Positions 9,089 to 17,346 of a DNA stretch of 64,000 bases are shown here, one piece after another. Location: the NCBI GenBank assembly GCA_904419725.1, contig CAJFSP010000002.1, positions 1,305 to 65,304 of the forward strand, read 5' to 3'. Under the pieces are notes generated by a model. That model searched no databases and was not told the DNA's origin. It saw only the letters and a program-made list of their open reading frames with translations. The first letter of the stretch is position 1; every line of letters begins with the position of its first letter. A program made the position numbers and the translations under genes. The DNA comes from Candidatus Heteroclostridium caecigallinarum. GTDB taxonomy: Bacteria > Bacillota > Clostridia > Christensenellales > CAG-314.

Positions 9089-9123
9089 GGACGGCGGATT
9101 GCGGGGCGGGATTCCGCCTGTCC
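9089..9123 (-). promoter_or_regulatory. GC-rich stem-loop in the 5' UTR of the ArpU-like gene
   Basis: GGACAGGCGGA...TCCGCCGTCC arms (one mismatch) between the predicted -10 and the SD, with no U-tract. Confidence 0.4.
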
Positions 9124-9134
9124 CGAGCACGATT

Positions 9135-9164
9135 ATTATAGAAGTTCCGACGGCGCGGAATCAA
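9135..9164 (-). promoter_or_regulatory. Sigma-A-type promoter for the ArpU-like gene
   Basis: TTGATT, 18 nt spacer, TATAAT, read on the minus strand. Confidence 0.55.
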
Positions 9165-9181
9165 TATTCAGTGCCACATTT

Positions 9182-9199
9182 TTCGAACATATGTTCGAA
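9182..9199. promoter_or_regulatory. LexA (Cheo/SOS) box inside a perfect 18-bp palindrome
   Basis: TTCGAACATATGTTCGAA. The core CGAACATATGTTCG matches the Firmicutes LexA/DinR consensus CGAAC-N4-GTTCG exactly. Confidence 0.7.
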
Positions 9200-9200
9200 T

Positions 9201-9230
9201 TTTACAGGAAAATTTTACCAGGTGTATATT
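9201..9230 (+). promoter_or_regulatory. Candidate distal promoter toward the 538-aa gene, abutting the LexA box
   Basis: TTTACA, 18 nt spacer, TATATT. Confidence 0.4.
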
Positions 9231-9297
9231 GCCAACTATGTGTCATATTTCTTAAAAAAGGCGTTTTCGCCAAAATCCGACAAAAGGACGCAATTTA

Positions 9298-9326
9298 TTT
9301 ACTAAACGCAAAAAATTTGATACAAT
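9298..9326 (+). promoter_or_regulatory. Candidate proximal promoter giving a leaderless mRNA
   Basis: TTTACT, 17 nt spacer, TGaTACAAT. The -10 ends 6 nt before the ATG at 9333 and there is no SD. Confidence 0.45.
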
Positions 9327-9332
9327 TTCATT

Positions 9333-10949
9333 ATGAAAAAAATCGTGGCGTGCGTGTGTCTCGTCCTGGCGCTGATGGTTTCGGCTCCCGTTGCCGCGGC
9401 GGACGGAAACACGCACTTTGACAATCCCGTGAGCGTGTGCGCCGATGAAACGGGCATATACGTCGCCGACAGCGGAAGCGAACAAAGCGTAATTTATCGT
9501 ATCGGCGACTCGGCGGAAGAAATCCCCGCCCCCGCCGCCGTCGGCAAAATCCGCGTGAGCGGCGGCAAACTGTATATAATGAGCGCCGACACACTGACAG
9601 TGTACGACCTGGCGGAAAAGAGCCTCACTACTCTGACCGCCACCGGCATTATTGATTTCGCCGTCAGCGGCGAATACCTCTATTCTGTGTTCGCCGACGG
9701 CATAAGACGCAACGAAGTCGCTTCCCTCGGCGGAGTGGAAAACCTGGCGACGGAAGAAACCCGCGTCGTGAGCGACAACTCTGTTTCCGCCGTGGAAACG
9801 CAAGGACAGGATATTTACTATATTTCCGACGGAAAACTCGAAATAAAGTCGGGAGAGATTTTCAAAAACCCGGTTAGACTTAACGGGCAAACGGACATAG
9901 CCGCGGACGGACAAAACATTTTCGTTTATGACAGCGCCGATCTGAGCCTCGTAGGCGTCGAAAATTCTTCTTTGCGCAATATCCACGCCTTTGATTTCAA
10001 TGTCGTGGACGTCTTTGCTTCGGGCAGCACCGTTTACGTCATAAACGGCGGGCAGTTTCAGGTTTACGTCTATAATTTCGACGGGCAGGCGCTGACGCTG
10101 ACAGACGAAATTTACGGCAGCAATGAAAAAGACTACTCTACCGAATACCCCGCCATCGCCTCTTTCGCCGACATCGGTATATACACCGCCGCGCGCGACA
10201 CTTATTTTTACGCATCATCCGGCACCGACGGCTGGCACGGATATATTGCGGCAGGGTCGGCCGTCATGGCGCTGAACCCGCATGACGGGTTTTATTACGC
10301 GCTGTATTTCAACGCGGACGGCGACGCGCTGTTCGGTTTTGTGGAAGCCGCCGACATGACCGCCGTGGCGCAGACGGAAATCTCCGCCGCCAAAGTCACG
10401 GTAACATCAAACGAAAGCCTTTACACACTGCCAATCGAAAGCGACCTTTACCGTCTTACCGACGGCGGAAACGCCGTGACTATATCCAACACGCAGAATG
10501 TAACGGCGCTGTGTTTTATAACGGGCTTCGCCGGCGACAGATGGGCGTTGGTGAACGTTGACGGATACAGCGGGTTTATCCCCGCCAACCGCCTGAAAGA
10601 CCCGCCTGTCACCTATCCGTCGTACGAAGTGAAAATCGCCAATCCGCGCGTCGGCACCAGCCTGTCGGTCTATGCCGAACAAAGCGAAGACAGCGCCGTC
10701 CTCGCCAGAATAAGAAGCGGCGAAATGCTGAAAGTCTTCCGCACAGAAAACGGATGGTCGCTGGTGCAAATCACCGTGGACGGCCAGGAAACGTACGGCT
10801 GGGCGCAAAACGACTATCTGATTAACGAAGGCACAATGACGGATACCGTAGCGCTGGGATTGGCTCTGGGCATAATTCTGCTGCTGTGCGTCGGGTTCGC
10901 CGTTTTCTGGAAAATAAGAAACAACCGCTATAAAAAGAAAGACAAATAA
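9333..10949 (+). CDS. Secreted, C-terminally anchored protein with beta-propeller-like repeats and three SH3b-like domains, 538 aa
   Basis: Signal peptide MKKIVACVCLVLALMVSAPVAAA. Repeated (I/L)Y(V/I)xD/S strands, SH3b-like units (for example GWSLVQITVDGQETYGWAQNDYL), and a terminal TM helix with a basic tail. Confidence 0.65.
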   Translation: MKKIVACVCLVLALMVSAPVAAADGNTHFDNPVSVCADETGIYVADSGSEQSVIYRIGDSAEEIPAPAAVGKIRVSGGKLYIMSADTLTVYDLAEKSLTTLTATGIIDFAVSGEYLYSVFADGIRRNEVASLGGVENLATEETRVVSDNSVSAVETQGQDIYYISDGKLEIKSGEIFKNPVRLNGQTDIAADGQNIFVYDSADLSLVGVENSSLRNIHAFDFNVVDVFASGSTVYVINGGQFQVYVYNFDGQALTLTDEIYGSNEKDYSTEYPAIASFADIGIYTAARDTYFYASSGTDGWHGYIAAGSAVMALNPHDGFYYALYFNADGDALFGFVEAADMTAVAQTEISAAKVTVTSNESLYTLPIESDLYRLTDGGNAVTISNTQNVTALCFITGFAGDRWALVNVDGYSGFIPANRLKDPPVTYPSYEVKIANPRVGTSLSVYAEQSEDSAVLARIRSGEMLKVFRTENGWSLVQITVDGQETYGWAQNDYLINEGTMTDTVALGLALGIILLLCVGFAVFWKIRNNRYKKKDK

Positions 10950-10951
10950 AT

Positions 10952-10981
10952 AAAAAACACGCCGTTCGGCGTGTTTTTTTA
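10952..10981. terminator. Bidirectional intrinsic terminator
   Basis: ACACGCC-GTTC-GGCGTGT stem flanked by an A-run and a T-run, between convergent genes. Confidence 0.7.
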
Positions 10982-11653
10982 TATGGCGCAGTCGGCGGGA
11001 TAAATTTCGCATTCCCTGGCAGCCACAAGTTCGTCTACTTTTTCCCCCACCATTATCCTGCTGACGGACACTTCGAAGGCGGTGCGGGTGACGGTTTCGG
11101 TTTCGGAAATTTTCTTTTGGTATTCTCTGCTTTGTATTCTGCCGAACACGGCCACCTGTTCGCCCACGGTCAGATATCTGACGAAACGCGCGTTTCTGCC
11201 CCAGGCGATGCAAGGTATGTAGTCGCTTTTATTGTACGCTCTGTTCACCGCCACCAGCATGTCGCATATCTCCCTGCTGAACGGCGTGGTGCGGTACACG
11301 GTGGGTTTGCATATAAAACCGATGAGTTCTATCGAGTTGGGGTTTGCTTCTTCGTCGTAATCGAGAATTTCCCTGGCGAAAACCGTAAGCATGAGTTTGC
11401 TTTTGCCGTCCGCCATTTTGTTGTAACTCCGGAACTGCCCGTTCAGAGATATTTTGTCGCCCTTGCCGATACCCCGCTCGGCGATAAGTCTTTCGCTCAC
11501 CGTCAGCGGCAGCACGTCAATCTGCTGCGAAAGCCTTTTTACGGCGATTTCCGTTTCGTAAAAAGCCTCGCCGAACATCTCGTGCGAATACACCGGTTCG
11601 GACACGATTTCACCCGATAAATACACCCTGTTTGTTACGTTCGCGTTTGTCAT
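10979..11653 (-). CDS. Tandem OB-fold single-stranded DNA-binding-like protein, 224 aa
   Basis: Internal duplication of an SSB-like OB unit (LSGEIVSEPVY...AVKR...D..P...GDKISLNGQFRS versus LIGFICKPTVY...AVNR...D..P...GEQVAVFGRIQS). No acidic C-terminal tail. Confidence 0.5.
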   Translation of the reverse strand: MTNANVTNRVYLSGEIVSEPVYSHEMFGEAFYETEIAVKRLSQQIDVLPLTVSERLIAERGIGKGDKISLNGQFRSYNKMADGKSKLMLTVFAREILDYDEEANPNSIELIGFICKPTVYRTTPFSREICDMLVAVNRAYNKSDYIPCIAWGRNARFVRYLTVGEQVAVFGRIQSREYQKKISETETVTRTAFEVSVSRIMVGEKVDELVAARECEIYPADCAI

Positions 11654-11665
11654 TTTTCGCTCTCC

Positions 11666-12436
11666 TTACTGTATATCTTTTTTATGCTGCGTGCCGTTGT
11701 TGTCGACGTAATAATCGGTTTTATACACCACGTCGCCCACCGGCGCGAAAGTAAATTTTTTGAGTTTGAGCGTTTCAATCACCAGCGGCAGCGCTTCCAG
11801 AATATTGTCGCTGTTGTTGTGAAACAGCACGATGGACCCGTCTTTGACCTTGCCGACAACCCGTTGGTGAATAGCGGCGGCGGAAAGCCCCTTCCAGTCA
11901 AGCGAATCGACGTCCCACTGCACGGGGATAATTTGCATTTCTTCGCACGATTCCACAAGCGTGTTGTTATAGTCGCCGAACGGCGGACGGAACAGCAACA
12001 CCGCTTTGCCCGTTATGTCTGTTATTTTGCCGGAAGAAACGCTGAGTTCGTCTTTGATTTTCTCCTTCGACAGCGTCGGCATATGCGGATGCGTTTCGCT
12101 GTGAGTGCCTATTTCGTGTCCGCGGGCATCGATTTCTTTCACCATTTCAGGGAAATTGTCCACCCAGAAGCCCACCAGAAAAAAAGTGGCTTTAACGCCG
12201 TAGTCGTCAAGAATGTCGAGAATCCCCTTTGTCTTGTCGGCGCCCCATGCCGCGTCGAAAGTAAGGCTGACGACATGTCTGTCCGTATCGACGTTATACA
12301 CGGGAATTCTGCGCCCCGCGCCGGCGGAAACGGCGGAGTATCCCACCGACGCCGCCGCCGACAGCAAAAGCGTCAGCGCCGCGACGGCGGCAAAAATATT
12401 GCGCAGCGTCTTTTTTCTGACAACGGCTATTTTCAT
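11666..12436 (-). CDS. Polysaccharide deacetylase (NodB homology domain), 256 aa
   Basis: N-terminal signal/anchor. Motifs TFDAAWG, GHEIGTHSETHPHM, LFRPPFG, IVLFHN. Confidence 0.8.
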   Translation of the reverse strand: MKIAVVRKKTLRNIFAAVAALTLLLSAAASVGYSAVSAGAGRRIPVYNVDTDRHVVSLTFDAAWGADKTKGILDILDDYGVKATFFLVGFWVDNFPEMVKEIDARGHEIGTHSETHPHMPTLSKEKIKDELSVSSGKITDITGKAVLLFRPPFGDYNNTLVESCEEMQIIPVQWDVDSLDWKGLSAAAIHQRVVGKVKDGSIVLFHNNSDNILEALPLVIETLKLKKFTFAPVGDVVYKTDYYVDNNGTQHKKDIQ

Positions 12437-12610
12437 TTTGCCCCTTTATTATAAAAAAAATATTTTGTCGCAGTTTGGTACGGCATACGAAATTTTGTCT
12501 TTTATTGTCGAAAGCCATGTTCTTTACGACAAATTTCACTTCGGCGAAGGGCGGCGCTTCCGCCCCCTGTTACAAATTTATTGCCCTGTCGGCGGTTTAT
12601 GACAAAAGAA

Positions 12611-12636
12611 CAAAAAAAGACGGCCGGAGCCGTCTT
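12611..12636 (-). terminator. Intrinsic terminator after the parC-like gene
   Basis: AAGACGGC-loop-GCCGTCTT followed by a U-run on the minus strand. Confidence 0.7.
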
Positions 12637-12650
12637 TTCGGTTACGTTAT

Positions 12651-15134
12651 TCAAAATGTTTCGGGCGCGGTTTCGCATCTGACCGCTTTAACGATGTCGC
12701 ATCCTTTCTTTTTGTCCTTAGGCGGTCTGCCCCTGCCGGTGCGGCTGTCGATGACGATATCTTCGGTGTTTGCCATTACGATTTCGCCGTCGGCGTAACA
12801 CGCCACCATATACGGCTCCTTGACATAATCGGCAAACAGCACCGACTTGCCGCACGCGCCGTTGAAATCTATTATCTTGACGCCTTTGCGGTATCTTGCC
12901 ATGACGTCTATGTCGCCCACCATGACGCGCTTCATAAAGCATTTGTCGGTAATAACTACGATTTCGCCGGCGTCGCCGACCTGTGAAGCCGAAATCACGG
13001 CGTCTTTGTCGCCCAGCAGCATGCCTTTCACGCCGCCGGATATCCTGCCCTGCTGCGGTATGTCGTTCTTTTCGAAATTGAGCACCATGCCTTTACGGGT
13101 GACAAACACGATCGATGTATCCGGAACGTCGTCCTGAACGGCAATGATACGGTCGTCGTCTTTAAGTTTCATCGCCTGGAAGGTCTTTTTCAAGAGGCCG
13201 TATTCTTCCCACGCGGTGCGCTTGACCATGCCCTGACCGGTGAAGAAATACAGGTCTCCCTCAGGCATTTTGCCGTCAAACACCGAACGGACGTAAACGA
13301 TGTTTTCGTTTGCCGCGTCGCCGCCGAACAGTTCTTTGAGGGTTACGCCCTTTTCGCGCCATTTGCACTCCGGAATATCTATGCCGTCGATTTTATAGCA
13401 GTTGCCCTTGTCGGTGAATATATGCAGTATGCCGCCCGTGCTGCTTTCAAACAGCCTGACGTGCACGTCGGTGCCCGTCAGTTTTTCCACGCTGTTTTTG
13501 TTGGACATGGAAACGTGTTTTGCGGCCATGCGTTTGAGCGTGCCAGCCGCCGTCACGCCGATGACGAAATCTTCCTGCGGTTTTTCGTCGCTCTTTGCCG
13601 CGATAACGACGTTTTCCGCCGACGAAAGCATGACAGACTTTCTGGCGGTCTTATACGCGCGCTTGATTTGCCCCAGTTCGTTTTTGATGATTTCCATCTG
13701 CAGCGTCTTGCTGCCCAGCACTTCCGTGAGCCTTTTAATGAGTTCCTGCAATTCTTTGAGTTCCTGCAGAAGTTTGTCCACTTCGAGGCGGGTGAGCCTG
13801 GCGAGACGCAAATCCAGAATAGCCTGCGCCTGCGCCTCGGAAAGCGAAAACCGCTCGCGCAGGTTGTGCCGCGCTTCGGTGGTTGAAGAAGATTTTTTGA
13901 TTATCCTGACGACTTCGTCGATATTTTTGACGGCTATCACCAGCCCTTCGAGGATATGCGCCCTTTCCCTGGCGTTTTGCAGGTCGAATTTGGTGCGGGC
14001 GATAATCACGCCGCGCTGATAATCGGTGTAATAGGCTATTATGTCGAGCAGACCCATCAGCTGCGGTTTACCGTCGGCGATAGCCACCATGTTTATGCCG
14101 TACGTCGTGCGCAAATCGGTGTATTTGAGCAGCGTCTGCAAAATTTTGTCGGCGTCGAAATCCTTTTTGATTTTGATTACGGCGCGCATGCCTTCCTTGT
14201 CGGACTCGTCGACAATTTCCGATATGCCCGACAGCAGTTCTTTTTTGTCTTCCCTGACTTCCAGAATCTTTTTGAGCAGCGCCGCTTTGTTGACCTGATA
14301 AGGCAGTTCCGTGATGACAATATTCTTTCTGTCGTTTTGTGTTTCTATGTGTATTTTCGCCTGCAAAGTGATTTTGCCTTTGCCGGTGGCGTAAGCGTTT
14401 TCCAGCTCTTCGCCGGCGATGACGTATCCGCCCGTCGGGAAATCCGGCCCTTTGATGATTTTCATCATCTCCGACAGTTTGATGCGGCGGTTGTCGATGT
14501 ACGCCGTCACGCCGTCGATGACTTCGCAGATGTTGTGCGGCGGAATGTTAGTGGCAAGGCCGACCGCTATGCCCGAAGCGCCGTTCACCAGCAGATTGGG
14601 ATATCTGCCGGGCAGCATTTCAGGCTCTTTAAGCCTGTCGTCATAGTTGCGCGCCCAGCGCACGGTGTTTTTGTCGATGTCTTTAAGCAGTTCCAGCGCC
14701 AGCGGAGTCATGCGGGCTTCGGTGTACCTCATGGCGGCGGCGCCGTCGCCGTCCACCGAACCGAAGTTGCCCTGCCCGTCAACCAGCGGCATGCGCATGT
14801 TGAAGTTCTGCGCCATGCGCACCATGGCGTCGTAAACCGAAGTGTCGCCGTGCGGATGGTATTTCGCCAGACAGTCGCCGACGACGGCCGCCGACTTTCT
14901 GTAAGGCTTGTCGGGCGTCAGCCCCATTTCATACATTGTGTACAGAATGCGCCGCTGCACAGGTTTAAGCCCGTCTTCCACGCGCGGAATAGCCCTGTCG
15001 AGAATTACGTATTCGGCATACGGCAGCATCGATTCGTGCATGATATCGGCCATCGGTTTCGTGACCAGCACGGTACCGTCGGGCAGTTTGATTTCGCCGG
15101 CGGCGTTTTCCATAGGGTTATTTATTTCTTCCAT
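12651..15134 (-). CDS. parC: Type IIA topoisomerase subunit A, ParC-like (GyrA/ParC family), 827 aa
   Basis: Motifs [28 protein letters not shown] (catalytic Tyr) and [23 protein letters not shown]. These resemble ParC more than GyrA. No QRRGGKG GyrA box was seen and there is no dnaA/dnaN context. Confidence 0.8.
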   Translation of the reverse strand: MEEINNPMENAAGEIKLPDGTVLVTKPMADIMHESMLPYAEYVILDRAIPRVEDGLKPVQRRILYTMYEMGLTPDKPYRKSAAVVGDCLAKYHPHGDTSVYDAMVRMAQNFNMRMPLVDGQGNFGSVDGDGAAAMRYTEARMTPLALELLKDIDKNTVRWARNYDDRLKEPEMLPGRYPNLLVNGASGIAVGLATNIPPHNICEVIDGVTAYIDNRRIKLSEMMKIIKGPDFPTGGYVIAGEELENAYATGKGKITLQAKIHIETQNDRKNIVITELPYQVNKAALLKKILEVREDKKELLSGISEIVDESDKEGMRAVIKIKKDFDADKILQTLLKYTDLRTTYGINMVAIADGKPQLMGLLDIIAYYTDYQRGVIIARTKFDLQNARERAHILEGLVIAVKNIDEVVRIIKKSSSTTEARHNLRERFSLSEAQAQAILDLRLARLTRLEVDKLLQELKELQELIKRLTEVLGSKTLQMEIIKNELGQIKRAYKTARKSVMLSSAENVVIAAKSDEKPQEDFVIGVTAAGTLKRMAAKHVSMSNKNSVEKLTGTDVHVRLFESSTGGILHIFTDKGNCYKIDGIDIPECKWREKGVTLKELFGGDAANENIVYVRSVFDGKMPEGDLYFFTGQGMVKRTAWEEYGLLKKTFQAMKLKDDDRIIAVQDDVPDTSIVFVTRKGMVLNFEKNDIPQQGRISGGVKGMLLGDKDAVISASQVGDAGEIVVITDKCFMKRVMVGDIDVMARYRKGVKIIDFNGACGKSVLFADYVKEPYMVACYADGEIVMANTEDIVIDSRTGRGRPPKDKKKGCDIVKAVRCETAPETF

Positions 15135-15137
15135 ATT

Positions 15138-17111
15138 TTACGCTCCGTATTTGTCGAGTATCTTGTCGTCGTCTTTGTTGAAATCGGCGTATTCCGTAAG
15201 ATAAGAACGCCTGAGTTCTGCGCTGTCGCCCATGAGAATGGTGAGCATCCTTTCGGCGTCGGCGATATCTTCCAGCGTGACCCGCATGAGTTTTCGGCTC
15301 TTTGGGTTCATTGTAGTGTCCCAAAGTTGCTGCGGATTCATTTCGCCGAGACCTTTGTACCGCTGCAACGCGGCGCCCCTGCCCACTTTTTCCATGCACT
15401 CCTGCAAAGCGTTGTCGTCATAGGCGTACATCACCGTGTCTTTTTTCGACACCTTGTACAGCGGCGGCATGCCGATGTATATGTGCCCGTCCATGATGAG
15501 TTCTTTCATATATCTGAAAAAGAAGGTCAGCAGGATGGCTCTTATATGGGCGCCGTCCTGGTCGGCGTCGGCGAGAATGATTATCTTGTCGTATTTGAGC
15601 GACGAAATGTCAAAGTCCTCGCCTATGCTGGTGCCCAGCGCCGCTATAATCGCCCTGTATTCGTCGTTGGCGAGCACCTGGTCAAGACGCTTGCGCTCGG
15701 CGTTGAGCGGTTTGCCTTTAAGCGGAAGAATGCCCTGAAACTTTCTGTCCCTCGCCTGTTTCGCGCTGCCGCCGGCCGAGTCGCCCTCGACGATAAACAG
15801 TTCGTTGCGCTTGTAATCCTTGCCCGTGCAACTCGACAGTTTCCCGACGAGTGTGGCGTTGTCTATGCTGTTTTTCTTGCGGGCTTCGTCCTTCGCCCTT
15901 CTCGACGCTTCCCTGACCTTGCGGGCGCAGATTGCCTTTTTGATTATGACATCGGCGACCTTGTCCTTGTCGTTTTTGAAAAACTCATCGAAACAATCGG
16001 TAATTATGCTTTCCACCGCCGGCTTGGCTTCGGGGTTGCCGAGTTTTGTTTTGGTCTGCCCTTCAAACTGCACGTTAGCCATTTTCACGCTGAGCACCAG
16101 CGTCAGCCCCTCGCGGAAATCGTCGCCCAAAAAGTTTTCTTCCTTTTCTTTCAGCTGGTTTGTGCGGCGCGCGTAATCGTTCAGGCATTTGGTGAAAGCC
16201 GTTTTAAGACCGGTCTCGTGCATGCCTCCTTCAGGCGTAGGTATATTGTTGACGTAAGAGCAGATATTTTCGTTGTAAGTTTCGCAGTACTGAAAACTGC
16301 ATTGAAGTTGAAGCACGTCGTTTTTGCCCTCGAAATAAACGGGCTTGGCGAAAGCAAGCGGTTTGCTTTCGTTGAGATAGGCGACAAAATCGTTGAGGCC
16401 GCCTTCGTACAGAAAAGACGAAAAACCCTCTTCGTTTTCGCCCGCCTTTTCGTTGACGAACTCAAACTCTATGCCCTTGTTGAGAAAAGCCAGCTCTTTA
16501 AGGCGTTTGAGTATCGTTTCGCAGTTGAATTCCGCCTTGCCGAACACCCTTTTGTCGGGCAGAAAGGTTATTCTGCTGCCCGTCTTTTTCGTCCCCTCGT
16601 CCACAACCCGGAGATGCTCCACCGGCGCGCCGGAAATGATTTTGTTTTTCGCTTCGTCGAAATAACTTTCGAAACGCATGGCGTAAGTTTTGCCGTCTTT
16701 ATACACTTCGACGGTCAGCCACTCGCTGAGAGCGTTGGCGACCGACGCGCCCACGCCGTGCAGACCGCCTGAAAAAGAATAGTTTTTATTGTTGAATTTG
16801 CCGCCGGCGTGAAGCTGGGTGAAAACCACTTCCACGCCGGAAACTTTAAGCTGCGGGTGAATGTCCACCGGAATGCCCCTTCCGTTGTCCTCTACCGACG
16901 CGCTGCCGTCGGGATGAAGTTCCACCCTGACTTTGGTGGCGAAACCGTTTGCCGCCTCGTCCACGGCGTTGTCCACAATTTCCCAAAGAATGTGGTGCAG
17001 ACCCCTCGTCCCCGTGGAGCCGATATACATGCCCGGGCGCAGCCGGACTGCGTCCAGCCCTTCCAGAACTTCTATCGAATTGGCGTTGTAATCATTTGTA
17101 ACCTGCGTCAT
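15138..17111 (-). CDS. parE: Type IIA topoisomerase subunit B, ParE-like (GyrB/ParE family), 657 aa
   Basis: The ATG at 17111 has GGAGGA upstream; the track ORF start at 17189 lies upstream of the predicted promoter. Motifs LEGLDAVRLRPGMYIGS, EIVDNAVDE, EGDSAGGSAKQ, PLKGK. Confidence 0.85.
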   Translation of the reverse strand: MTQVTNDYNANSIEVLEGLDAVRLRPGMYIGSTGTRGLHHILWEIVDNAVDEAANGFATKVRVELHPDGSASVEDNGRGIPVDIHPQLKVSGVEVVFTQLHAGGKFNNKNYSFSGGLHGVGASVANALSEWLTVEVYKDGKTYAMRFESYFDEAKNKIISGAPVEHLRVVDEGTKKTGSRITFLPDKRVFGKAEFNCETILKRLKELAFLNKGIEFEFVNEKAGENEEGFSSFLYEGGLNDFVAYLNESKPLAFAKPVYFEGKNDVLQLQCSFQYCETYNENICSYVNNIPTPEGGMHETGLKTAFTKCLNDYARRTNQLKEKEENFLGDDFREGLTLVLSVKMANVQFEGQTKTKLGNPEAKPAVESIITDCFDEFFKNDKDKVADVIIKKAICARKVREASRRAKDEARKKNSIDNATLVGKLSSCTGKDYKRNELFIVEGDSAGGSAKQARDRKFQGILPLKGKPLNAERKRLDQVLANDEYRAIIAALGTSIGEDFDISSLKYDKIIILADADQDGAHIRAILLTFFFRYMKELIMDGHIYIGMPPLYKVSKKDTVMYAYDDNALQECMEKVGRGAALQRYKGLGEMNPQQLWDTTMNPKSRKLMRVTLEDIADAERMLTILMGDSAELRRSYLTEYADFNKDDDKILDKYGA

Positions 17112-17135
17112 TATACTGAAAGTCCTCCGTTTTTT

Positions 17136-17164
17136 AATTATAACACAAACGGCATGATTTTGCA
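17136..17164 (-). promoter_or_regulatory. Sigma-A-type promoter of the parE-parC operon
   Basis: TTGCAA, 17 nt spacer, TATAAT, about 20 nt upstream of the SD. Confidence 0.6.
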
Positions 17165-17170
17165 ACGAAC

Positions 17171-17189
17171 GTGTATAATAATTATACAC
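17171..17189. repeat. Perfect palindrome just upstream of the parE -35
   Basis: GTGTATAAT-A-ATTATACAC (9-bp arms). Confidence 0.6.
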
Positions 17190-17292
17190 TGTTTTAACCT
17201 GTTTTTTGCTTACGATTTATTTCGAAAGATTATTTTTGAATAATTATACTTAAATTAAGTTATTTATACACACTCACCGGCCGACCCGGCGG

Positions 17293-17325
17293 CAAAAAAA
17301 AGCCGCGCGGGTTTTCCGCGCGGCT
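17293..17325 (-). terminator. Intrinsic terminator after the alpha/beta hydrolase gene
   Basis: AGCCGCGCGG-loop-CCGCGCGGCT followed by a U-run on the minus strand. Confidence 0.75.
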
Positions 17326-17346
17326 GATGCCGTTGCTTTTTGCCGC

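Noticed and set aside
9255-9280. AAAAAAGGCGTTTTCGCCAAAAT as a terminator within the divergent control region.
   Set aside because: The stem is only 4 bp and there is no proper U-tract on the plus strand, so it is too weak to call.
8966-9421. A 151-aa plus-strand ORF spanning the ArpU-like start, the intergenic region and the start of the 538-aa gene.
   Set aside because: It crosses promoters, the LexA box and two real gene starts, and has no SD, so it is treated as a frame artefact.
13956-16772. A very long antisense ORF (938 aa) opposite parC/parE. Similar ones lie at 54412-56625 (737 aa), 30371-32212, 38268-39881, 44113-45519, 61258-62592, 4545-5816 and 6712-7827.
   Set aside because: These are shadow ORFs, typical of GC-rich codon usage. 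Their translations are Arg/Phe/His/Val-rich low-complexity sequence with no motifs, while the opposite strand encodes unmistakable conserved proteins.
10979-17111. The idea that the SSB-like, deacetylase and topoisomerase genes belong to the phage element as its early or replication module.
   Set aside because: The topoisomerase subunits are full-length bacterial ParE/ParC types with their own promoter and terminator. The deacetylase is a typical envelope or sporulation gene. No integrase, repressor, primase or helicase is present.
17112-17189. N-terminal extensions in the track ORFs for parE, tsaB (25047-25151), ribU (26174-26206), yhbY (29809-29841), clpC (45484-45492), murI (57537-57614), purD (63822-63866), thiT (40980-41054) and the SH3b gene (7766-7810).
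   Set aside because: The extensions lack conservation and run over SD sequences or promoters. Internal ATG codons with good SDs give canonical protein N-termini.
17161-17189. CGAACGTGTATAAT upstream of parE as a second LexA half-site.
   Set aside because: Only the CGAAC half matches and there is no GTTC arm at N4 spacing. The sequence is part of a different palindrome.
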